From positions 1-10,229 of the forward strand of contig NW_021827470.1 in NCBI RefSeq assembly GCF_006345805.1: a stretch of 10,229 nt of DNA. The letters are read 5' to 3'. Numbering within the stretch: the stretch's first letter is position 1; each line of letters opens with the position of its first letter. The position numbers were made by a program, and so were the translations under genes. This stretch comes from Octopus sinensis. Its lineage: Eukaryota. The notes beneath the pieces were generated by a model. That model was not told the DNA's origin, made no database searches, and saw only the letters and a program-made list of their open reading frames with translations. This document shows positions 1-7,454 of the stretch, piece by piece.

Positions 1-180
1 TATTTTAGCACACTGACACATTGAACAGAAAATTAAGTCTTGCGGCTTAATGTCTTAGGATAAGAGATGATTCATCTGGATACACGAGAAAATAAATAAT
101 GAAATCACTAGCTGCCAGCACCGATTGAAATCTCTAGGGGTTCATACAATCTAGTCCTCCAACAAATTGGAACAGATACA

Positions 181-480
181 TTCGTATATGTGTATATACT
201 TATATATACTCTTCCGTGCGCCTATGTGAATTTCTGAATATGTGTGTTTATATCCTTAATGTGTATGGTGCAAACATATTCTTATGTGCATACATATATA
301 TGTTCCGTATGTGTGTGTATGAATGTAAGTATGTATGTTTATTCTTGTATATGTCGCTTATTCCATGTGGGTGCAGGCATGTGTGTTTCTGCATATATAC
401 ACAAATACGATGTGTATATACGTATGTGTGTGTATAGTTCCATGTATGTATGCATGTTCCATACATTTGTGTACAACATT
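181..480. repeat. Degenerate (TG/TA)n low-complexity tract
   Basis: Interrupted alternating purine-pyrimidine runs (TATGTGTGTATG etc.). Accounts for the C/V/Y/M/I-rich ORFs at 216-609. Confidence 0.85.
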
Positions 481-486
481 TATACA

Positions 487-640
487 ACATCCTTTTATTA
501 CTTTTATTGCTTTCGATCGAGTGACAGCGGCCATGATGGAGCGTTGTACTCTTATTTGTTTCTCTCTATATATTTATTTTTTTATTTTATTTTCTCTAGT
601 TTCAGCTGACGAGCTGTGGCCATGCTGGGGCACCGCCATT
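487..640 (-). mobile_element. Two adjacent retroposon 3'-end fragments, each with an A-rich tail on the minus strand
   Basis: Related motifs GCGGCCATGATGGAGC (528-543) and GTGGCCATGCTGGGGC (616-631). Each is preceded on + by a TTTTA-rich tract, which is an A-rich tail on minus. The motif resembles the 3' end of an abundant octopus SINE (recalled). Confidence 0.55.
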
Positions 641-648
641 GGGGCGGG

Positions 649-668
649 CGAAATACCCCTAAGCATTT
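649..668 (-). mobile_element. 20-bp fragment of the SINE family A head
   Basis: CGAAATACCCCTAAGCATTT matches 2506-2525 (CGAAATACCGCTAAGCATTT) at 19/20. Confidence 0.7.
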
Positions 669-672
669 GGTG

Positions 673-815
673 GATGATGATGATGATGATATTGAGAAGG
701 AGAACAACAAAACAACAATAACAACAATAATAATAATAACAACAATAACAACAACAACAGTAGCAACAACAGCAACGATAACAACAACAACAACAAAATT
801 ATAATAATAATAATG
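673..815. repeat. Compound trinucleotide microsatellite (GAT)n/(AAC)n/(AAT)n
   Basis: Seen directly; produces the poly-D/T/I/M stretches in the ORF track. Confidence 0.95.
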
Positions 816-1044
816 TTTTTAGACATTCACTAGTACAACAATAAAAATAACAAATATATAGCACACAAGGCATAACAACAACGTGAACTTCCAACCTGTT
901 GTCTCTTGAGGTCTCTGGGTGAGACTTGCTGGGTTTTTTTTTCAGTTTTGTTGAAATATTAAGGCTGGATGTAGGTCTATAATTGAAACAGCAACAACTC
1001 TTCTTCATGGAGTGTAACTTCTTTAGTTGGATGGTCAGTTACTT

Positions 1045-1224
1045 TCATCGAACCCGGTATATTTGTTTTCTTTCTCAAACCTGATATGCTTATTCTGTCG
1101 GTCCGTTTTGCCGAACCGCTAGATTACGGGGACGTAAACACACCAACACCGGTTATCAATCGGCGGTGAGAGACAAGCACCCTAATTCACACACACATAG
1201 ATCATATATATATGTATATATATA
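1045..1224 (-). mobile_element. SINE family B 3'-half fragment running into a CA/TA tract
   Basis: TTTTGCCGAACCGCTAGATTACGGGGACGTAAACACACCAACACCGGTT is GC-rich against the background and resembles an abundant octopus SINE body (recalled). There is no second copy in the window to confirm it. Confidence 0.55.
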
Positions 1225-1636
1225 AAAAAAAGCAACAAGAATGGGTCAATATTTCGGTAAAATTGTTTCGTAAGAAGACAGCTTTATTAAGGCTGCAAAT
1301 ATTGCAGTAAATATAAGTGAGCCGTACTCATCAGCCGAAAAAAACATCTGAGTCTCCAAACAACTAAGGGGGTGATGTTACACTCCTGAAACATCAGGGA
1401 TAGTTCTATAAAAATAAGATTTTGGTAACAAATGGACTTCTAAAAGTTCTCTTAGTGTTGCACAGTCATATAACGGGTTTTAAAAAAGTATTTTAAAAAA
1501 CCTCTTAGTTTTCCAGAAAAACTAACTACCCCACATTATCTTATGGTTAACACCATATAGATTTCTGGTGCATCTAAGTTAAGTACCGCATTCATGTGAA
1601 TTCAACAGAACTCACTTGAATCTTAATTGCTTTTAC

Positions 1637-1668
<32 letters not shown>

Positions 1669-1720
1669 TATATATATATAGATACACGCTCACACATATA
1701 ATCACACACACACACACACA

Positions 1721-1769
<49 letters not shown>

Positions 1770-1770
1770 C
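1637..1770. repeat. Compound (TA)n/(CA)n microsatellite
   Basis: Seen directly. Confidence 0.97.
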
Positions 1771-1870
1771 AATATTTCATTTTAGTTCTTAACTATACGG
1801 TTTTTGTAAGTTATTAATTAGCCAACGAGATACATGGATTGTTAATTAGTTATAGCGTTCTTTCAAGATA

Positions 1871-1890
1871 GTTTGTTTGTTTGTTTGTTT
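1871..1890. repeat. (GTTT)5 microsatellite
   Basis: Seen directly. Confidence 0.95.
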
Positions 1891-2141
1891 ACAATTTGCT
1901 TTTTCATCATTAAACTTTTAATTTTTAATATATTTCATAAGTAATATGAATAATTAATTTATTAGGTTTTAATTATACGTGCATGTATATTTTTTGATAA
2001 TTTATACATGCGGCGGGTTTCTTTCAGTTTTCGTCTACCGAATCCACACTCACAAGCCGTGAGACAATAGCAGAAGACAGATGGCCAAGGTGCCACGCAG
2101 TGGAATTGAAACGAGAGCCATGAAGTTGAGAAGTAAGTTTC

Positions 2142-2509
2142 ATACCTATTTCGTTATTACCCACAAGGGGCTAAACACAGAGCGGACAAACAAGGACAGA
2201 TATAGGTATTAAGTCGATTACATCGACCCCAGTGCGTAACTGGTACTTAATTCATCGACCCCGGAAGGATGAAAGGCAAAGTCGACCTCGACGGAATTTG
2301 AACTCAGAACGTACCGGCAGACGAAATACCTATTTCGTTATTACCCACAAGGGGCTAAACACAGAGCGGACAAACAAGGACAGACATAGGTATTAAGTCG
2401 ATTACATCGACCCCAGTGCGTAACTGGTACTTAATTCATCGACCCCGAAAGGATGAAAGGCAAAGTCGACCTCGGCGGAATTTGAACTCACAACGTAACG
2501 ACAGTCGAA
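2142..2509. repeat. 184-bp tandem duplication (2142-2325 / 2326-2509)
   Basis: Ungapped alignment with 7 mismatches in 184 bp; ATACC at 2142, 2326 and 2510. Confidence 0.95.
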
Positions 2510-2566
2510 ATACCGCTAAGCATTTCGCCCGACGTGCTAACGTTTCTGCCAGCTCTCCGACTTAAA
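2147..2566 (-). mobile_element. tRNA-derived SINE family A with duplicated body, flanked by a 9-bp TSD
   Basis: A-box-like TGGCAGAAACGTTAGC (within 2536-2554) and B-box GTTCAAATTCC (2477-2487, 2293-2303). TSD TTTCATACC lies at 2138-2146 and 2567-2575. Homologous copies occur at 5228-5759 and 6860-6935. Confidence 0.9.
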
Positions 2567-3019
2567 TTTCATACCACACAGCCGCACCTCCTCTATTACC
2601 CAGCCAGGTGGTTCTTTTCATTAAAGAAAATAGATACTTTATTTCTCGCTGTATCAGACCAGGGGGTTTTGTTCGAGGCAAAATGAAAGGGAGTTTAATA
2701 CATATAGCAATGTTAATGATTTCTAAGTTCAAAAGGAAAATGCTGATAGTTTGCGTCTTACTAATACACTCGGTCAAGTGAGAATTCGGATAGACTAAAA
2801 ATAATTGCCGTACACAGCAAAAGTTAGATTAATTGCTTCAGTGATTGATAACTCAATCAACGGTGGATCACATTGATTCATGGTTTAATAATTGTTCTTT
2901 ATGAGGCTGTCAATAGTGAAAGGTTATCGGTCGTTCTTGAGGTGATTGGATTAATTTCATATAAAATGCTTCGTCTCTGAGATAACTGCTATGTTTACGT
3001 GCGGGTCTATGTATGTGAA

Positions 3020-3072
3020 AGTGTGTGCATACATGCATACACACATACGCAAACACATTTACACGCATATAC

Positions 3073-3140
<68 letters not shown>

Positions 3141-3310
3141 ATGTATATATATATATATATATAAATATATAAATATATGTTTGTATGCCTCTCAATCTAT
3201 CTACATATTTGTATATATTTAATGTATATATATATATATATATATACATTAAATATATACAAATATATAGATAGATTGAGAGGCATACAAACATACATAC
3301 ATGATCAATC

Positions 3311-3349
<39 letters not shown>

Positions 3350-3490
3350 TTTCGGTGTACATGTGTAGAAGACAATTGTGAAATTTATTCACATTACACT
3401 ATATGTATGTATATGTGTATGTGTGTGTGCGTCTGTGTGTGTGGGTGAGCTGGTGTGCGGGTGTTGAGGTATATGTGGTGGAGTGTGTGT
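3020..3490. repeat. Compound microsatellite block (CA/TA/GT/GATA)
   Basis: (TA)n about 3076-3120, (GT)10 3121-3140, (GATA)9 from 3311, degenerate (GT)n 3403-3490. Confidence 0.95.
3176..3295. repeat. 120-bp spacerless palindrome centred on (TA)11
   Basis: Position i pairs with 6471-i at 59 of 60 positions; the single mismatch is C3204/A3267. The arms include non-repetitive TTGTATGCCTCTCAATCTATC. Confidence 0.97.
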
Positions 3491-3642
3491 GGTTGTACTT
3501 CCCATTTACTGTATAATTGTGTCTTGATCATAAAAGGAAAGCACCATTAATGAATATACACTGCTAACACTCATTTCTTCTATACTAAGAAACACTAATT
3601 GTGAAATTAGAAATGGCACTAATCTAGGAATGCAACAGAAAT

Positions 3643-3739
3643 CTAACAGCAGACTAGCAACTGACAAAGGCATTACGGAGAAGTAGAACATTAACTGTAA
3701 CGGGGGAATATCCTTCGTCAGTTGCCAGTCGAATATCAA
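3643..3739 (-). ncRNA. Candidate pri-miRNA-like hairpin
   Basis: Core arms 3652-3670 and 3712-3730 give 17 WC plus 2 G-U pairs on minus. The stem extends to about 30 pairs, and all 7 non-WC pairs are G-U on minus only. Confidence 0.4.
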
Positions 3740-4099
3740 CGTGACTTCTACACCTTAGGGAAGTAACGCGACTTCCGATGGTGTCAAGAATGATTAAAGA
3801 AATAAATATTCTAACTCTATATGATAATGTATATAGATGTAATTTAGGAACGAATAATATCAACCTCAAGCATTTCCTTTTCTTTGCATTGAGGGCTAAA
3901 TGCAAACAAACATTACTTCGTAATAGCAGTCTTGCGCACTTGCAATTATCGTCTGACATATCTGGCTATTGTGCTGTTTGTGTTCGAAACAGTAGCCAAA
4001 GTATTACTTGGCTTGGACATAGTTGAGGTTTGGCAAAGGAAGAACATCCGCCCGTATAATAGCATCGATGTGAACGTGGAATATTGGATGCAGAGTCAG

Positions 4100-4202
4100 T
4101 GATAATGATGAAGGGGAGGAGATGGGAAGAGTGAAGATGATGAGGATGATGGTGATAATAATGACGGCGATAGTGCTATTTTTGCTCTTGGTGGTGGTGA
4201 TT
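4100..4202. repeat. Degenerate (GAT/GGT)n tract
   Basis: Seen directly. Confidence 0.8.
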
Positions 4203-4889
4203 GCGCTTTTATTAGAGAGGATTTCGATTATATTGATTTACATGTGAATCATCATCGGATTACAAAATCCGAGATTGTAGAATATATATATATACATTAG
4301 AACTAGTGTATATATGTTCCAGTCTCTTCAGCAATGTAACTACACCCGGTCTGTTGGTGGTTTCTTCTTTTCCTACTTCCTTGGAATTTTCCTTTTTCTC
4401 ATTTCCGACGTAGAAATATGCTTGAAACGTTAAACTGTCTCCTTCTTGTGCACGCCTTCAGATTCGTTACTTTTCTAATTTCTTATCAGTTTAATTTAAT
4501 TGAATATACATTTGCAAGCTCTGACGCGTGTGTCACGCTTAAAAGAATGAAATTGTGTTGCATAAATAAGAATTTTTAACTAGGTCTCTTGTGATTTCTG
4601 GAAGAGATTTGAAACCACCATCTATACGCTCTATTACTACTTCTCAACAGCCATGCCTACAGGACCACCGGAGAAACAACGATCTTTAATGAGGAAATTA
4701 AGTTGCTTAAATTTGCCGCGTGTCAAGGAGAGAGGAAGTGAGAGAAGACGTCAGAGAGAAAGTGAAAGACATTGAGAGGGAGTGGCTGGTAAGTATTTGA
4801 ATTCCTTTCTACGATTGAACTGAAATTGACCGCTGGTTATTAAAGGCCCGACCACACACGCACATTCGCACATACACATTTATTGTGCG

Positions 4890-5156
4890 AAAACACTTAA
4901 AGCTCCACGAAGCTCTGGCAGGAGGTGGAGGCGGACCCTGCTGTATTATTTCACTACAATGTTCTCTCTCTCTTTCTTCCTGTTTCTGTTGTACCTGAAT
5001 TTGAGAAGGCCAGTCTAGTCAGACTCTGTGTCACGCTGAATCTCTCCGAGAACTATTGTAAATTTACACGTGTCTGCGGAGTTAATTTCACGAGCAAGAT
5101 GTTCCATTGATTGGATCAACTGGAACCCTCGTCGTCGTAACCGACGGAGTGCCACA
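4890..5156 (+). mobile_element. Retroposon (SINE/LINE) 3' segment ending in a stem-loop
   Basis: The sequence from CACTTAAAGCTCCACGA to GGATCAACTGGAACCCTCGTCGTCGTAACCGACGGAGTGCC resembles an abundant octopus repeat (recalled). Terminal hairpin CTCGTCG/CGACGGAG. The 5' boundary is uncertain. Confidence 0.55.
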
Positions 5157-5227
5157 ATTTATTGATACCAGTCGTAACTTATGCCAATCGTGAGTTATAG
5201 TTGCTTCTAATATCTGTTATCTGGTTC

Positions 5228-5759
5228 AGGCGGCGAACTACCAACAGCGTTAGCATACCAGGAAAAAATGCTTAGCGGCATCTGGTCTGTCTTTACGTTC
5301 TGAGTTCAAATTCCGCTGAAACTGACTTTGCCAGTTTTCATTTTGGAGTCGATAAAATAGGTACCAGTTGAACACTGGAGTAGTATTGAAATACCGAGGT
5401 CGACTTTGCCTTTCATCCTTTCGGAGTCGATAAATTAAGTACCAGTTACGCACTGGGGTCGATGTAATCGACTTAATACTTTAGTCTGTCATTGTTTGTC
5501 CCCTTTATGTTTAGCGCCTTGTGGGCAATAAAGAAATAAGAAACGTTAGCTCTCCGGCCGAAAAGCTTAGCGGTATTTCGTTTGCCGTTACGTTCTCAGT
5601 TGAAATTCCACCGAGGTCGACTTTGCCTTTCTTCCTTTCGGGGTTGATAAACTAAGTACCAGTTACGCAATGGGGGCGATGTAATCGATTTAATCCCTTT
5701 GTATGTCCTTGTTTGTCCCCTCTATGTTTAGCCCCTTGTGGGCAATAAAAAAAGGAAAT
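5228..5759 (+). mobile_element. Head-to-tail trimer of SINE family A (5228-5381, 5394-5538, 5539-5759)
   Basis: B-box GTTCAAATTCC at 5304-5314. Unit 5394-5538 matches the reverse complement of the family A body at 2326-2509 at about 133/145. A-rich ends at about 5527-5538 and 5744-5759. Confidence 0.9.
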
Positions 5760-5816
5760 TCAGAGTCTCTCTCGTGTTTGAAGTTCCAATTTCCATAACG
5801 GTGCTCAAAATTCCCA

Positions 5817-6036
5817 CAAGAATTAATGAGCATTCCTCGTTCGTGTCTGTTCGACGAAATGCAACTTATTAATGCGTGTGTGTATATGTACGGAGTGAGA
5901 GAGAGAGAGAGAGAGAAAGCTAGAGAAATCCAGAGTGCCCCTTGCTTGTAGTTTCCATTTTTCCTAATTGAACCCATATCTCCTGCAAGAAGTATTAAGC
6001 ATTCCTCATTTATGTTTGTTCGACGAAATGCAGCTT
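5817..6036. repeat. Dispersed about 51-bp direct repeat, offset 169 bp (5817-5867 / 5986-6036)
   Basis: The 39-bp core (5829-5867 vs 5998-6036) is 34/39 identical and includes TGTTCGACGAAATGCA. Confidence 0.9.
5897..5916. repeat. (GA)10 microsatellite
   Basis: Seen directly. Confidence 0.95.
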
Positions 6037-6859
6037 GGGAACATGTGTACGTGTGGGTGGGTTGTTTATATATGCATTTACAATTTTACGAACCATATTA
6101 GGAAGGTATCAGTTTCCTTGTGCTTTTACATGTATACAAATACATGTACTACTCTATACGTGTATGCATTTATGCGTTAACGTATTTATAAATGCGTATA
6201 TATACCCATTCACACACATTCGTTCACACATATCTATAGATACAGGTTACGGTTATATAAAACGTTAGAAACAATCCTATCAACAATGAAAAAACATTAA
6301 AATACAGCTATAGAAAAATTGAACATGTATTCGATTCCATGCCCTACCTTACACCTGTCCATCCACAACATTCTTTAATAGACAAAACTAATTCTACAGA
6401 ACTAATTTCGAGTACTGTCAGTCACGTGGAAGATTATTTTTCCCTTTGAAGCCATATCTATTGACAGAACTGTTATTTCCTGAACAACACCGGGAAATAA
6501 CTATAGATCACGCAACGCCGTCTACAATACTGTAGACAAATGATGACAAGATTTTAGATGTAACTAGAAAAAATACATGCTTTGAGTTTAGTGTTTGCAA
6601 CAAGTCAGGAGGGGACGCCATCTGCATACGACTGTGTGTTTGTGTGTTTGTGATCGATTGGTTAGAGTAGATATGAATGTTGTTGAGATTCTATGGCAGT
6701 GTTTTTGGTAGGTGTGATAATGGATCTGATGGAGAAAAAATGGAAAATATTGGAAAGAGATAATCTTACAGAGTTGTTATTTGTTAAGAAGACAAAACGC
6801 GGATAACGTATTTTCTGGTTTTCGATATAGCTATTGCTCCTGTTACTATTGTTGTTACC

Positions 6860-6935
6860 GTGAGCTTAAATCCCGCTGAGATTAAGGCTGCCTTTCATTG
6901 ATTAAGGGTCGATTAAATAAAATACCAGTTACATA
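6860..6935 (+). mobile_element. Highly decayed SINE family A fragment
   Basis: GAGCTTAAATCCCGCTGAG...GCCTTTCAT...GGGTCGATTAAATAAAATACCAGTTAC is colinear with the B-box-to-TACCAGTT region of 5300-5370 and 5394-5450. Confidence 0.7.
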
Positions 6936-7454
6936 TTCGGTTCAGTTGTATCCACTAACAACCCCGCTTAGACATGGCTGCTGGTACATCCAAATCAGAA
7001 ATCACTTAAATTTAAAAATAAAATCTTTATGAATGACCCTAGAGCATACGTGATCGAGGATGCTTCTGGTTATAAATGACGCTCCAAATATGTACATCCC
7101 ACCTTTGTGAATAGTTTAACGATGAACTTGCATAAGACAATTCATTGAGTCTTTTTGAAGACGTTAAAACAGTGATCTGAGAATGAGAGGAATGCTATTT
7201 AAAACTGATTCAGTGACCGCGCGTACGTTATTACTTTCCTAGCATTTTTCTAGGCTGCATTGCATTCGCGGAAATCTCTCATCGAATCCCAGTTATCTTC
7301 ATAAAAAATAACGAAATTTAAAATGCAGCCCCACAAGTTATGCTGAATGAATTAAGAGTTGACTAAAGAAACAGAAGTTTAAATTTTTTGTATGTTTGTA
7401 TGATTCGGTTGTGTAACACGTAAGAATCCTAAATATTTTCCGGATTTTTGCATA

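Larger units (their letters stand above)
2003..2595 (-). mobile_element. tRNA-derived SINE family B 5' half (host element), interrupted at 2147-2575
   Basis: Removing the insert restores minus-strand CGGCTGTGTGGTATGAAACTTACTTCTCAACTTCATGGCTCTCGTTTCAATTCCACTGCGTGGCACCTTGG. This has an A-box-like GGCTGTGTGG, a B-box-like GTTTCAATTCC (2112-2102) and a CORE-like GGCACCTTGG segment. Confidence 0.7.

Noticed and set aside
32-51. Short hairpins (32-51, 1385-1398, 6181-6196 and similar)
   Set aside because: Stems of 5-8 bp are expected by chance in AT-rich sequence.
627-648. G-quadruplex
   Set aside because: Only three G-runs of three or more.
606-655. Plus-strand hammerhead-like CTGACGA...CGAAA
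   Set aside because: No stem I or III and no NUH site can be formed. The motif is a chance junction of a retroposon tail and a family A fragment.
2147-2566. tRNA gene or CRISPR-like array
   Set aside because: A/B boxes are present but there is no cloverleaf. The repeats are long near-identical units with no unique spacers, in a eukaryotic SINE context.
3612-3620. AATGGCACT, the miR-96/183/263-type 5' end
   Set aside because: There is no complementary arm to form a precursor.
4405-4442. CCGACGT-AG...CT-TGAAAC...GTC as a hammerhead
   Set aside because: The core has two deviations, stem II has only 2 bp and stem I is absent. It may be a decayed Penelope-like terminal motif, but I cannot support that from the window.
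4529-5037. Two TGTGTCACGCT (Pax-like) sites 498 bp apart
   Set aside because: The second lies inside a probable retroposon, and a single 11-mer match is weak evidence.
6614-6662. CTCF/YY1-like CGCCATCTGC plus a reverse CCAAT box as a promoter
   Set aside because: Partial motif matches only, with no supporting promoter context.
7253-7330. 9-bp inverted repeat GGCTGCATT/AATGCAGCC as a Harbinger-type MITE
   Set aside because: No TSD (CTA versus CCA flanks), and the arms are too short.
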